Origin: an uncultured bacterium
GTDB taxonomy: Bacteria > Patescibacteriota > Minisyncoccia > UBA6257 > 2-01-FULL-56-20
DNA length: 64,000 nucleotides
NCBI GenBank assembly: GCA_963718515.1
Contig: OY970354.1
Coordinates: forward strand, 366,942-430,941
Direction: 5' to 3'
Program-made: the position numbers and the translations under genes
Part shown: one piece after another, positions 46,282 to 56,706 of the stretch
How the letters are laid out: each line of letters opens with the position of its first letter
Position numbering within the stretch: position 1 is the first letter of the stretch
Notes under the pieces: model-generated
Told to the model about the DNA's origin: nothing
Databases searched by the model: none
What the model saw: only the letters and a program-made list of their open reading frames with translations

Positions 46282-48033
46282 ATGAGCTTATCCATCGATC
46301 CAAAAAATGGCGTTAAGCTAAAACCATCCCGGAAACCCGGGCGGGGGATTGCCGCGGTCATCATTGTACTTGAGGCCGTATTTTCCATCTTTCTTTATAT
46401 GTCCCTCGCCGAGCGCATTTTTGTGGTGGCACCTGCCGGCGCTGCGGCCGGCGTTCCCGATCTTGTTGCCTACCAGGGATTACTCACCGATACTTCGGGG
46501 AACCCTCTTGGCGGCGCGGGGTCGGTCTATTGCTTCCGTTATTCCATGTGGGATTCTCAAAGCGGTGGGAATCAAATATGGCCGCTCGCGGCACTTGGCG
46601 ATGCGTCTTCAACTCCCTCAAATTCCACCACCACCGTCACGGATGGCGTGTTCAGCGATGAGCTTGGTCGTACGGATACATTTGGGACACTTGATTTCGG
46701 GGCCGATACCACAGGAACCTCGACGTATTATTTGCAGGTGCAGGTCAGCACATCATCGCTCACCTGCGCTTCCGGCGTCGAAACGCTTTCTCCGCGCCAG
46801 CAGATCACGTCTGATGCGTGGTCGCAGACTGCCCAATCCGTCTACGGAAACCAACTTCGCACGCTTAATGCGACGAATATTGTGCAGGTCGGCACGGGTG
46901 GCGGCGTGACGGCCGGCAGTCAGACATTGCTCTCGCTCGACGTAGTGAATGTGTCTTCGAGCGAAAGCATCGGCGGGAGTTGTTCCCAAAACGGCACGCT
47001 GTGGTATGACTCTAGCCTTAAGCGCGCCCTTGTCTGCGAGAATTCCACCATCCAGCCGATCTCGAACGGTTCGACGAGCGTCACGAGCGTTGGCACGAGC
47101 GGCACGAGTACATTACTCTTTAATAACATTTTCCTTTCCGCGGTTGCGAATATCACTCTTAGCCAGACGGGGCAGACCATAAATATTTCCGCGCCGAACC
47201 CGGGCGCCGGATCGACGCTTTCGTACTGGGCGAATCTTCCCGACTTTCAGGGATCGACGGTGATGGGTTCCACGAGCGGGCAGTCGGTTGCCATTGCTCC
47301 GTTCGTTCTCCCTCAAGCCATCTCTGCTTCATATATACGTATTCCGGTGTCGGTATCTCTCTCTAGCGTCTCTGCGGTACAGGTGAATACAACCACCAAT
47401 TCATCCACCACATTTTCGATGGGACGTTACGAAACCGATGCATTTGTCCTCTATACCCAGAACGTCGGCGGGAACTCATTGTCCCTCGCATCCATTTTCT
47501 CTGGGTCGGCCACATGGAGCGCTCAAACCATTTACAGTGCCACGGGGACAGGCGTTAGTCTGTCGTCGTATAGCGTGTCAATCAACATAGGATATCCCGT
47601 CACGGGTAGTACAAGTAACTACGCGTCAACGTACACGCTTGCCAATTCGAGCTATGTGGTATGTACTGGCTCATTGACCAATTTTTCTGGCACGAGGTTT
47701 TTGGATATTCCTTTTGCGTCATCCCTTTCCGCAGGAGATTATTGGATCGGGTTGGGAAGAAGCACTTCGACTGCCGGAAACGCAGGCGCGGCATTGTCCG
47801 CCGCGAGTATCGGCTTGAGCGCCTGGGGAGTCAGCCAGCCCGCGATTTCGTTCGGCCTTATGGGGGTTGTGACGGCCTCGTCGACCGCTACCGCGCAGGT
47901 ACAGATCCAGCCGGGGCTTGGCTATGTGACGACGAACGTCAATATTATGAGTACGGCAAACGTCGCGCTCAGCAACATAACGAATGCCGCCAACAACCCC
48001 GAAATTTATTTCCAGTTTATCAGGGACAATTAA
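46282..48033 (+). CDS. large secreted/membrane-anchored hypothetical protein
   Basis: 583 aa. N-terminal TM and an S/T/G-rich beta-rich body. Confidence 0.55.
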   Translation: MSLSIDPKNGVKLKPSRKPGRGIAAVIIVLEAVFSIFLYMSLAERIFVVAPAGAAAGVPDLVAYQGLLTDTSGNPLGGAGSVYCFRYSMWDSQSGGNQIWPLAALGDASSTPSNSTTTVTDGVFSDELGRTDTFGTLDFGADTTGTSTYYLQVQVSTSSLTCASGVETLSPRQQITSDAWSQTAQSVYGNQLRTLNATNIVQVGTGGGVTAGSQTLLSLDVVNVSSSESIGGSCSQNGTLWYDSSLKRALVCENSTIQPISNGSTSVTSVGTSGTSTLLFNNIFLSAVANITLSQTGQTINISAPNPGAGSTLSYWANLPDFQGSTVMGSTSGQSVAIAPFVLPQAISASYIRIPVSVSLSSVSAVQVNTTTNSSTTFSMGRYETDAFVLYTQNVGGNSLSLASIFSGSATWSAQTIYSATGTGVSLSSYSVSINIGYPVTGSTSNYASTYTLANSSYVVCTGSLTNFSGTRFLDIPFASSLSAGDYWIGLGRSTSTAGNAGAALSAASIGLSAWGVSQPAISFGLMGVVTASSTATAQVQIQPGLGYVTTNVNIMSTANVALSNITNAANNPEIYFQFIRDN

Positions 48034-48034
48034 T

Positions 48035-48760
48035 ATGAAACCCCAGATCATCATTCCCAATTACGAAGGTGCGCATAACCGGGATCTCGAAAAATCCCAG
48101 GAGCGATTGCTACAGGCAAAAAGTTATCGAGACTTGTCCACGGTTATCGTTTGCCCGACCCGGGGGCAAGTTTCTGCCAAGGTAGTGCAATCATGGATGA
48201 GCCTTATGAAGCCAATGAACCAAAAGGTGATTGGGCCGTTGTTTGCGATCGGCATGGAAGTGGGGGATGCATATAACGCCATGGTCGAAATGATTATGGC
48301 GAGCCCGGAACTATCGACCTGGAAGTATGTGTTGACGATAGAGGAAGATAATATGCCGCCGCCGGACGGATTATTAAAACTTTATGAAGGCATGGATGAG
48401 TATGACGTGGTCGGCGGATTGTATTGGACGAAAGGTGAAGGTGGCCAGCCGATGATCTACGGCGATCCCGCTGTTGAACCGATGAATTTTATTCCGCAGG
48501 TGCCGCAAACCGAAGGTCTCCAGCCGGCGAACGGCCTCGGTATGGGATTTAATCTTTTTAAGATAGAAATATTCAAAAATCCAAACTTACCGCGCCCCTT
48601 TTTTAAAACATTGAATGAATTTGTGCCGGGCCAGGGTGCGCGTGGATACACGCAAGACCTTTATTTCTATGAGAACGCGGGGAAGCTTGGATACAAATTC
48701 GCGTGCGATACGCGCATCAAAGTGGGGCACTATGATGCCACGATGGACATTGTGTGGTAA
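48035..48760 (+). CDS. glycosyltransferase-like protein (GT-A fold candidate)
   Basis: Start at MKPQIIIP. …VIVCPTRGQ… and acidic EEDNMPPPDG motif resembling a nucleotide-sugar binding DxD region. Confidence 0.5.
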   Translation: MKPQIIIPNYEGAHNRDLEKSQERLLQAKSYRDLSTVIVCPTRGQVSAKVVQSWMSLMKPMNQKVIGPLFAIGMEVGDAYNAMVEMIMASPELSTWKYVLTIEEDNMPPPDGLLKLYEGMDEYDVVGGLYWTKGEGGQPMIYGDPAVEPMNFIPQVPQTEGLQPANGLGMGFNLFKIEIFKNPNLPRPFFKTLNEFVPGQGARGYTQDLYFYENAGKLGYKFACDTRIKVGHYDATMDIVW

Positions 48761-48769
48761 AACATATCT

Positions 48770-49279
48770 ATGAAACTCGACATCGCCTGCGGGCAAAATA
48801 AGCAGAAAGGATTTATGGGGGTCGACATCGCGCCGGGGCCGGGCGTCGATTTTGTGTGGGATCTCGAAAAATATCCCTGGGAGCCGTTCAAAGACCATTC
48901 CGTCACCGAGGTCTATGTGAGCCACTACGCCGAGCATACCAAAGATCTCATAGCGTTCATGAACGAGGTCTGGCGCATTTGCGAGAACGACGCGAAGGTG
49001 ACGATCGTGGGGCCGTATTACACCTCCATCCGCGCATGGCAGGATCCGACGCACACCCGCGCCCTCTCCGAGGCGACGTGGCTGTATTACAACAAAGGCT
49101 GGCGCGAAGCCAACAAGCTGGACCACTATCCCATCACCTGCGATTTTGGCGTTGATCGCATGACGGTGTTCTTCAACCCGCCGTGGGATAAGAAGACGGA
49201 GGAGGCGCGGCAGTTCGCGCAACAGCACTATTGGAACGTCATTTCCGATATTTGCGTTGAACTAAAAGTCATTAAATGA
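48770..49279 (+). CDS. small class I SAM-dependent methyltransferase-like protein
   Basis: LDIACGQNKQKGFMGVDI glycine-rich SAM motif I. Confidence 0.55.
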   Translation: MKLDIACGQNKQKGFMGVDIAPGPGVDFVWDLEKYPWEPFKDHSVTEVYVSHYAEHTKDLIAFMNEVWRICENDAKVTIVGPYYTSIRAWQDPTHTRALSEATWLYYNKGWREANKLDHYPITCDFGVDRMTVFFNPPWDKKTEEARQFAQQHYWNVISDICVELKVIK

Positions 49280-49791
49280 GGTTGCCGGGAGGGGACAATA
49301 GGGAATATCGGGTGCTCGCGATCGCCACCCTTTTTTTTCTGACGGGATTATTGTTTTTTTGGCTCGACCGGCCTCCCGCGTCGTCGCCATCCGCGCCTCC
49401 CGCTACCACCTCGCACACCCTTTCCGTGCAGTCGTCACAATCAGAAGGGGAGCAAGATCAGCAATATCTCGACCCCGATTTCGCAAAATTTCCGCCGCCC
49501 ACGCAATTTAAGACTGTCACCTATAACGCAAATGGTTTGAACGGATCCTCGACGCTCTTGGCCTCCGCAACGTGCAATGCCGCGTATATCACCGTTTTAT
49601 TATTCCCGGCCAAGATCGATTATCGCGGTGATATCAACGCCGCCGTTTACAACGAGGCGTCTCCCTGCCACTCCGACCAGCCGTTCACGCTCGTGATCGC
49701 CACGAGCGACATCGCAACCGCGCCATTCGGGAGTTATTATCTGATCATCGCCGACCAGGGGACGAGCGGCACATGGTATAATCCAAGATGA
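49276..49791 (+). CDS. membrane-anchored protein with paralogous C-terminal domain
   Basis: TM helix then a C-terminal domain paralogous to the C-terminus of 43909..45642. ATGA overlap upstream. Confidence 0.5.
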   Translation: MRLPGGDNREYRVLAIATLFFLTGLLFFWLDRPPASSPSAPPATTSHTLSVQSSQSEGEQDQQYLDPDFAKFPPPTQFKTVTYNANGLNGSSTLLASATCNAAYITVLLFPAKIDYRGDINAAVYNEASPCHSDQPFTLVIATSDIATAPFGSYYLIIADQGTSGTWYNPR

Positions 49792-50228
49792 GCATGAGAG
49801 AAATAAATTTTTCCGTTTTGAAGATCGCTCTCGCCGGTGCGGCCGTGATCGTTGTCATCGCCGCGCTATTTTTTAATATCAATAATCTCATCATGTGGGC
49901 AACGCTTAACGATCCGTTCCAGAATCAGTGGGCGGTGGTCCAGCTTTCGGATGGAGAGATCTTATATGGCCATCTCGCTGGCGTGAATGGGACGACGATC
50001 GGATTGAGCGATGTCTATCTCTTGGATAAGGTCGCGCCAGTGACGACAACGCCGATCGTTTCCACCTCCACCGACCTTACGATGGGGGCAACGCTGGGCG
50101 CGTCTGCTACCCAACAGCCGACACTCATTCCGGTCAGTGATACCCCGCAATTATTCATCAACCGCGCCGCCGTCCTCTATTTTAAATTTTTGACGCCCGA
50201 CGATCCCGCGTTCCCGTATCTTCATTAA
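49788..50228 (+). CDS. small membrane-anchored hypothetical protein
   Basis: 146 aa with N-terminal TM. ATGA overlap. Confidence 0.45.
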   Translation: MSMREINFSVLKIALAGAAVIVVIAALFFNINNLIMWATLNDPFQNQWAVVQLSDGEILYGHLAGVNGTTIGLSDVYLLDKVAPVTTTPIVSTSTDLTMGATLGASATQQPTLIPVSDTPQLFINRAAVLYFKFLTPDDPAFPYLH

Positions 50229-50276
50229 AATTTTCAAAAACATCGTCGGGCGAGTTGGTTTTCACTATCTGCGACC

Positions 50277-53200
50277 ATGAAAATTCGTAAATACCTTTTC
50301 ATCCCGCTTGCCCTCCTCTTCCTCGGGCTCACCCCCCTCGCCCACGCCGCCCCGGCGGTCGTCCAGACCTGCGCGAACGGCGCCTTCAATACCTCCGGAA
50401 ACTGTACCTTCTCCTCGAACGTCACGAACGGCGATGTCCTCGTCGCCGTCACCAATGTGAGTCAACCCTTTGGCACTGCCATCTCCGGATGCGTCACCTG
50501 GACGACCGTCGCAAGCACGACCGGCGCTCAAACCTACCCCTATGAGAATATTGCCATCGGCACGGCGACCTCGACCGCCGCATGCACCCTCACCTCGAGC
50601 GTTGCGACGACGAGCGCGGCAGTTATCTTAATCGACGCATGGGAACTCTCCGGTGTTCAGTCAACGACCGATGGAAGCGCATTTGGGGGTGTCAATTATG
50701 GCACCAGCTGGTACGAAGGCCCGCCCATCGATGCCGCGTATAACCATGACATCGTCCTCTCCGCCATAAATGCGCAAAGCAGTGCCCAGACCTACACAAG
50801 CTCGACGTTTGCGGTCGATTTCGAAGGTGTCTCCGCAGCTGGCACTCTTGAGTTCCTTGCCCATCAGACAGAGTCCACACCAGGACCTGCCGCTATCGGG
50901 TATGTTGCGTCAACCACCCTTGCTTCCTATGATACCCAAGCAATTGTCGCCATTCCTGCAACGGGGGCAACGACCTCGAGTCCCTCCGGCATCTTCATTG
51001 CACAGATCTCGCCGCTCAGTGTTAAGCCAAACGAGGCTATCAACAATACTGCGAGTACGACACTCAGCTTTGGGAATCTTCCCCGGGCAGGGGATCTCAT
51101 CATGGTCGCCATTGCGGAGAACAACGACGGTAACGTAGGCATCAAATCCATAGTCGACAACCAGACGGGCAACACCTATGTCCCCGCATTGGTCGTGACC
51201 ACGACCGCAAACACCCCTTATGGAGGCCTCTATTATTACTACGCGAAGAACATCGGCACCCCGAGCGGGAATTTCACCGTCACCGTCACCGCAAACAGCG
51301 CAACCTATATGGATGTCGGCATGTACGACATTCGTAACGCAGATCCCACAAATCCCATCCCGGCAGGGAATGCGACCTCCACGAACGCGGGGAGTGGAAC
51401 GAGTGCGCTTACCGGAACGGTGACCCCCGGCACGACCGCGCTCTTCATCGGTGACATTACCGGCAACGGCGCCAACGTGAGTCCCCTTACGCCTCCCTCG
51501 GGCTGGAACAGTCGTTGGTTAGAACCGAACGGCGCCGCCGTTGCCACACTAAACACGATCGACGTTGTCTCCTCCACCGCAAATAGCACTGCCTGGACGA
51601 TCAGCTCGCAGGCCTATCTGACTGGCCTTGTGGCGGTGAATCAGGCGGCTGCAGCGGTTTCTAACTCGCCCATCATCAACTCCTCATCCACCGATTTTTT
51701 TCTGCGTGGTGAATACGGGAGTATTTTTGGAAATTCGGTTTCAACGGACTTTAGTCTTTTCAACAGCGGCCAGGCACTCGCGCTTCCTCTCATGTCATCC
51801 ACTGATTTTGAGATCATCTCCGGAATAATTCGCCCGATCTTCCAGCCGGTCAAGCCGAACTACACATTGATTCATTACCAATGGCGGAATGACGATGGGA
51901 GCGAGACCGGGGCCACTTCCGCGACCGGCGGGATCGAGGACACGCCGCTCACCGGCCTTGCGGCGAGCACGAGCATACGGCTCCGGACAGAGATAACAAA
52001 TAACGGTGGCACGATCCTTGCCTATTCTCCGCAGTCATTTCAATTGCAATACGGCACGTTGAGCACCACCTGCTCCGCCATTTCAACCTGGACGGCGGTT
52101 GGCGCATCGGGTGCCGTCTGGAGCATGTACAACTCGAGCAATATAAGCGACGGGTCGAGTACCACCGACATCGCCACCTCGACCGGCGGCGTGTTGGATA
52201 TGAACCACACATTCATAACCCCGAACTATGGGGTGAAGACCACGACGAGTACCGTGGCCGCGATCTCCGTGCCGAGCGATTCGTTCATCGATATGGAATT
52301 CGACATTCGGGCGCTATCAAGCTCCACGGGAGGCGCCACGTATTGCTTCCGCCTGACCAATGTCGGTTCGGCCAACAATTTTACCTACACGCAATATCCC
52401 CAAGCGACGCTCGCAAACCCTTCGATTACCCTCGGCAACGGGACGGAGCCCGCACCGGTCACCGTGGCACCGGGCGCCGTCGCAACAACAACCGATGCTT
52501 TTACCTTTACGACCGCTGCCGGCACAAGCACCATTACGAACGTGACGACCACCATTTCCACCGTGAACGGCGTGGGTCTCGTTGAGATCACGAATGCGAG
52601 CGGCACCGTTGTCTACGGCTCAAGCACAAATTATGTGGTGACGCCGCTCACGCTTCCGAGTACGACGCTGAGCATCTCTCTGACCGGCATGAATGTGAGT
52701 TCCACACCCACCACGTTCCTTTTACTTGTCCAGCCAAAAAATCTTTCTTCCATGCCGGTCACGAGCGGCAATTACGTGGTCACCTCCACGATTACCGCTT
52801 GGTCGGACGCCTTGAGCGAGCCGCAGGCAGGATCGAACACCACATCGTCCGCCGTCACGATCGCAAATCCCGGCGGCATCACCCTTGGCAATGGCACGGA
52901 ACCCGCGCCGGTCACGATCGGGCCAGGATCGTCCGCCACAACGACCGACATCTTCACCTTCACGACCGCTAGTGGTACGAGCACCATTACGAACGTGACG
53001 ACGACGCTTGCCACGACGACGGGCGTGGGCCTTGTGGAAATCACGAATGCGAGCGGCACGACGATATTCGGCTCGAGTACCAATCTGGTCGCTTCATCGT
53101 CCGTGTTCGCGAGCACGACGATCAGCATCCCCGTATCCGCCATGAATGTGAGCACGACAGCGACGACATTCCAGATACTCATGCAACCGAAGAATTTTGC

Positions 53201-55043
53201 GTCCATGCCGACCGGCACCAGGCAGGGTATGTATGCCGTGAGTTCCACGGTCACGGGCTGGACGGATGCCCTCGGTCTCCCGCAGGCGGGAGCGAATACC
53301 ACCTCGTCTGTGGTCACGATCGATAATCAACCTCCAAATCCAGTGACAAATGCATCCGGTACTGTTGGAACCAGCCAAGTTACACTCAGTTGGACGAATC
53401 CCACGAGCACCTATTTTGCGGGAACGCTCGTTCTGAGGACCTCATCAACGCCCCCAATAAATGGGATCGCCACGTCGACGACCTATGGCATTGGAACTTC
53501 GACGGATCCCGTTGGCATCGCCTTCGACGGCACCAATATGTGGATGACGGATGGTGGCGCCCAGGCCGTAACGAAGATTTCTCCCACCGGCGTCACGACG
53601 ACGTATATCATTGGAGCTGCGCTGGGACCGATTGCTATCGCCTTCGATGGCACCAATATGTGGACGGCGGATGTTGGTAACAGTGTGACGAAGATTTCTC
53701 CCACCGGCGCCACGACGACGTATAGCATTGGAGCTTCGACGCAGCCCTACGGCATCGCCTTCGACGGCACCAATATGTGGACGGCGGATCATGCTAACAA
53801 CAGCGTGACAAAGATTTCCCCCACCGGTCTTGTGTTTAGCTATGGCATCGGAGTCGGGACGGTACCCTACGACATCGCCTTCGATGGCATCAATATGTGG
53901 ACGGCGGATAGTTCCGGCCAGGCCGTGACGAAGATTTCTCCCACCGGCGTCACGACGACGTATAGCATTGGATCGCGGTCGCCCTACGGCATCGCTTTCG
54001 ATGGCACCAATATGTGGACGGCGAATTATAGCGACAACAGCGTGACAAAGATTTCCCCCACCGGTACCGCGACAACGTATAACATTGGAGCTTCGACGGA
54101 TCCCCTTGCTATCGCCTTCGATGGCATCAATATGTGGACGGCGAATGAAGGTAATAACAGCGTGACAAAGATTTCTCCCACTGGCGCCACGACAACATAT
54201 TTCATCACCGGTTTAAATGTTCCCGAAGGTCTCGCCTTCGACGGCACTGGCGACATATGGGTTACAAATTATGTAGGCAATAGTGTGACGGAGATCACTC
54301 CATCGTATCGATACGATACTCCCACGAACGGTACCACCTACACCGTAGGGCAGACAATCGGTTCATCGACCGTTGCCTGCGTCGTGGCGTCAAGCACTTC
54401 CAGCTGTACCGATACAGGCCTTACGAACGGCACCAAATACTATTACCAAATATTCGCGCAAGATGCCTTCACGAACTATTCCACCGGCGTCACTCCCACG
54501 GGTTCACCATTCACGCCGGGCTCTTCCCAGACCATCACCCTCACGCTGAATACATCAACCGTCACTCTCCCCAGCCTCACTCCGGGGATCAACGTGTCCG
54601 CCACAACGACGGCAACGGTGAACGTGACCGGCGCCACGGGCGGATTCACGCTATCAATAAATCGCAACTCGGCCACCTCGACGATTGCCTCAGGAACCAT
54701 CGCGTTCCCTGATTACACCGCGTGGGCTCCTTCCGGATCAACCTGTGCGTCTGGACAGGGGAATGGGACGACGACCCCCGGCACTAACTTCTCATTTCGG
54801 GTGGCGTCATCTGGCACATCCGCTAATTACTGCTCCTTCTGGTGGGGCGCAAGCGATTCTGGCGGTACCGCGATCTATGCCGGCGTGCCGACAAGCTCTC
54901 AAATCATCGTAAATTCAACCTCATCTGCATCACAAAACGGCACCACCACAGTCACTATTCTTTACAGCGCCAATGCCCCGGGCAGTCAGCGAGCGACGAG
55001 CTACACGGGGAGTGTCACGATCACTGCCATCGCCAACCCGTGA
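50277..55043 (+). CDS. giant secreted protein (1588 aa) with tandem beta-propeller-like repeats and FN3-like domain
   Basis: Signal peptide. Two ~155-aa internal duplicates (~52410..53330). About eight ~40-aa repeats (…GIAFDGTNMWTAD…NSVTKISPTG…TTY…) resembling NHL/Vgb-lyase blades. …NGTKYYYQIFAQD FN3-like end. C-terminal domain paralogous to 55111..55770. Confidence 0.7.
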   Translation: MKIRKYLFIPLALLFLGLTPLAHAAPAVVQTCANGAFNTSGNCTFSSNVTNGDVLVAVTNVSQPFGTAISGCVTWTTVASTTGAQTYPYENIAIGTATSTAACTLTSSVATTSAAVILIDAWELSGVQSTTDGSAFGGVNYGTSWYEGPPIDAAYNHDIVLSAINAQSSAQTYTSSTFAVDFEGVSAAGTLEFLAHQTESTPGPAAIGYVASTTLASYDTQAIVAIPATGATTSSPSGIFIAQISPLSVKPNEAINNTASTTLSFGNLPRAGDLIMVAIAENNDGNVGIKSIVDNQTGNTYVPALVVTTTANTPYGGLYYYYAKNIGTPSGNFTVTVTANSATYMDVGMYDIRNADPTNPIPAGNATSTNAGSGTSALTGTVTPGTTALFIGDITGNGANVSPLTPPSGWNSRWLEPNGAAVATLNTIDVVSSTANSTAWTISSQAYLTGLVAVNQAAAAVSNSPIINSSSTDFFLRGEYGSIFGNSVSTDFSLFNSGQALALPLMSSTDFEIISGIIRPIFQPVKPNYTLIHYQWRNDDGSETGATSATGGIEDTPLTGLAASTSIRLRTEITNNGGTILAYSPQSFQLQYGTLSTTCSAISTWTAVGASGAVWSMYNSSNISDGSSTTDIATSTGGVLDMNHTFITPNYGVKTTTSTVAAISVPSDSFIDMEFDIRALSSSTGGATYCFRLTNVGSANNFTYTQYPQATLANPSITLGNGTEPAPVTVAPGAVATTTDAFTFTTAAGTSTITNVTTTISTVNGVGLVEITNASGTVVYGSSTNYVVTPLTLPSTTLSISLTGMNVSSTPTTFLLLVQPKNLSSMPVTSGNYVVTSTITAWSDALSEPQAGSNTTSSAVTIANPGGITLGNGTEPAPVTIGPGSSATTTDIFTFTTASGTSTITNVTTTLATTTGVGLVEITNASGTTIFGSSTNLVASSSVFASTTISIPVSAMNVSTTATTFQILMQPKNFASMPTGTRQGMYAVSSTVTGWTDALGLPQAGANTTSSVVTIDNQPPNPVTNASGTVGTSQVTLSWTNPTSTYFAGTLVLRTSSTPPINGIATSTTYGIGTSTDPVGIAFDGTNMWMTDGGAQAVTKISPTGVTTTYIIGAALGPIAIAFDGTNMWTADVGNSVTKISPTGATTTYSIGASTQPYGIAFDGTNMWTADHANNSVTKISPTGLVFSYGIGVGTVPYDIAFDGINMWTADSSGQAVTKISPTGVTTTYSIGSRSPYGIAFDGTNMWTANYSDNSVTKISPTGTATTYNIGASTDPLAIAFDGINMWTANEGNNSVTKISPTGATTTYFITGLNVPEGLAFDGTGDIWVTNYVGNSVTEITPSYRYDTPTNGTTYTVGQTIGSSTVACVVASSTSSCTDTGLTNGTKYYYQIFAQDAFTNYSTGVTPTGSPFTPGSSQTITLTLNTSTVTLPSLTPGINVSATTTATVNVTGATGGFTLSINRNSATSTIASGTIAFPDYTAWAPSGSTCASGQGNGTTTPGTNFSFRVASSGTSANYCSFWWGASDSGGTAIYAGVPTSSQIIVNSTSSASQNGTTTVTILYSANAPGSQRATSYTGSVTITAIANP
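53495..54300. repeat. tandem ~120-nt coding repeats (about 7-8 copies) inside the giant protein gene
   Basis: Highly similar units (ggcatcgccttcgacggcaccaatatgtggacggcgg…gtgacaaagatttctcccaccgg…). Confidence 0.8.
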
Positions 55044-55110
55044 CGAACCATTAATCGAAGTTATCCCCAGAAAATATTTTGTCGAGTGGCGGGTGTGTTA
55101 CAATTGATTT

Positions 55111-55770
55111 ATGGATAATAAATGGTTTGGGACTTCGGTAAAGAAGTGGTGTGCCGTGTTTGCCTCGGTCGTTGCCGTTGTTGCGATATTCGCCGGCGCG
55201 CTCGGGCATATCCGCCTCGTGCATCAGGCTCAGGCGTCCACTACGACATCGACCACTCAGACGATAAACGTCACGGTGAACGAGACGATCACCCTTTCGC
55301 TTGCCAGTTCGACGCTGAGCCTCCCTGCCCTTACGCCGGGAATCGCAGTGACGGCGACCTCGAGCGCTACGGTCACGACGAACGCACCTTCCGGATTTCA
55401 GTTGGAAGTGAACCGCAATAGCGCAACGTCAACGATCGCTTCGGGCACCATAACGTTCCCCGACGCAACCGCATTCAGCGGAGCCAACGCAACCTCGGCG
55501 ACAAGTATTGGCGCGAATCTTAGCTTCCGCGAAAACGCAACCGGAACCAGTGTGGGCCTCTATAGTACTTCAACGTGGGGAACGAATGATGTCGATCCGA
55601 ATGCCTTGTATGCCGGCTTTCCGACTTCCCCCCAGATCTACGCAAGCACGAGCACATATGTCGGTTCTTCGCAGACTGTGGTGATGGAAGTGAGGGCTAA
55701 TGCTCCGGCGACCCAGCAGGCTACTGCGTATACCGGAACTATCACCGTTACGGCAATTGCGTTGCCGTAG
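55111..55770 (+). CDS. small secreted protein paralogous to giant-protein C-terminus
   Basis: 219 aa. N-terminal TM/signal. Shared motifs …LPALTPGI.V.AT…N.NSATSTIASGTI.FPD… and …A.YTGTITVTAIA.P with 50277..55043. Confidence 0.55.
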   Translation: MDNKWFGTSVKKWCAVFASVVAVVAIFAGALGHIRLVHQAQASTTTSTTQTINVTVNETITLSLASSTLSLPALTPGIAVTATSSATVTTNAPSGFQLEVNRNSATSTIASGTITFPDATAFSGANATSATSIGANLSFRENATGTSVGLYSTSTWGTNDVDPNALYAGFPTSPQIYASTSTYVGSSQTVVMEVRANAPATQQATAYTGTITVTAIALP

Positions 55771-55773
55771 GTT

Positions 55774-56694
55774 TTGTGCTTAAATCTATTTATGAAAAAG
55801 AATATCGCACTGTTTTCTTTTGCGGTCGTTGCGATTTTTTCTTCCCTCTTTTTATTCCCCGGCACAAGTCATGCGCAGGTCGGTATCTCCCTATTTCCAA
55901 TAAAATTTGACGTTACCGTTGCGCCAGGCCAGTCATATTCCGATACGGTTACCGTCATCAATCCCAACGATTTTCCGATCGGCGTCCAGCCGGAAGTTGA
56001 AAATATCGCCGGAGGCAATCAGGGATCGATCGATCTCGTCGACACGGATATTCCTCACGGCCTGTCCGCGTGGATATCCATCAACGAGACCGAGTTCACG
56101 CTCGCGCCTCAACAGCAATTGCAGGTACCTTTCACTATCAACGTGCCGCTTGATGGTGAGCCGGGCGGACATTATGGCGCAATCCTTTTCCGTGGCCTTC
56201 CGGCATCGTCGACGACGCCCGGCGTGGGCATTTCCGGCAGGGTGGGATCGGTCGTCCTTTTGAACGTTCCGGGTGATTCTTACGCGACGGGCAATGTTGC
56301 GAGCTTTGCAGGACCCGCGGCGTACGTTTCCCACGGCCCATTTACTTTTACCTTTACGGTCAACAATACTGGCAACACGCACTTTACCCCGACGGGCCAG
56401 GTCACATTAAGCGGGCCCTTGTTCGGTAACGCGACACTCCCGTTCAATTCAGGGATCGTGTTTCCGGGCTTTGATCGCACGTTCACCGCAAGCTGGCCCG
56501 GACGCTATGCATTCGGACCGATCACCGCAACGCTCTCCATCACGATACCGAACAACACGAGCACCATAGTCCAGACGATCACATTCTTTGCTTTCCCGTG
56601 GGAGGAGGCACTCGGCATACTGATCGTGCTTCTTGTTCTTTACTTTATCTTCAGGACTTGGAAGAAGAACTTCAAAATAGTGCGGGTAAAGTGA
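55774..56694 (+). CDS. cell-surface protein with C-terminal TM anchor and basic tail
   Basis: 306 aa. Signal peptide …TSHAQ, beta-rich ectodomain, C-terminal TM plus RTWKKNFKIVRVK. Confidence 0.55.
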   Translation: MCLNLFMKKNIALFSFAVVAIFSSLFLFPGTSHAQVGISLFPIKFDVTVAPGQSYSDTVTVINPNDFPIGVQPEVENIAGGNQGSIDLVDTDIPHGLSAWISINETEFTLAPQQQLQVPFTINVPLDGEPGGHYGAILFRGLPASSTTPGVGISGRVGSVVLLNVPGDSYATGNVASFAGPAAYVSHGPFTFTFTVNNTGNTHFTPTGQVTLSGPLFGNATLPFNSGIVFPGFDRTFTASWPGRYAFGPITATLSITIPNNTSTIVQTITFFAFPWEEALGILIVLLVLYFIFRTWKKNFKIVRVK

Positions 56695-56706
56695 TACAGT
56701 GAGAAG

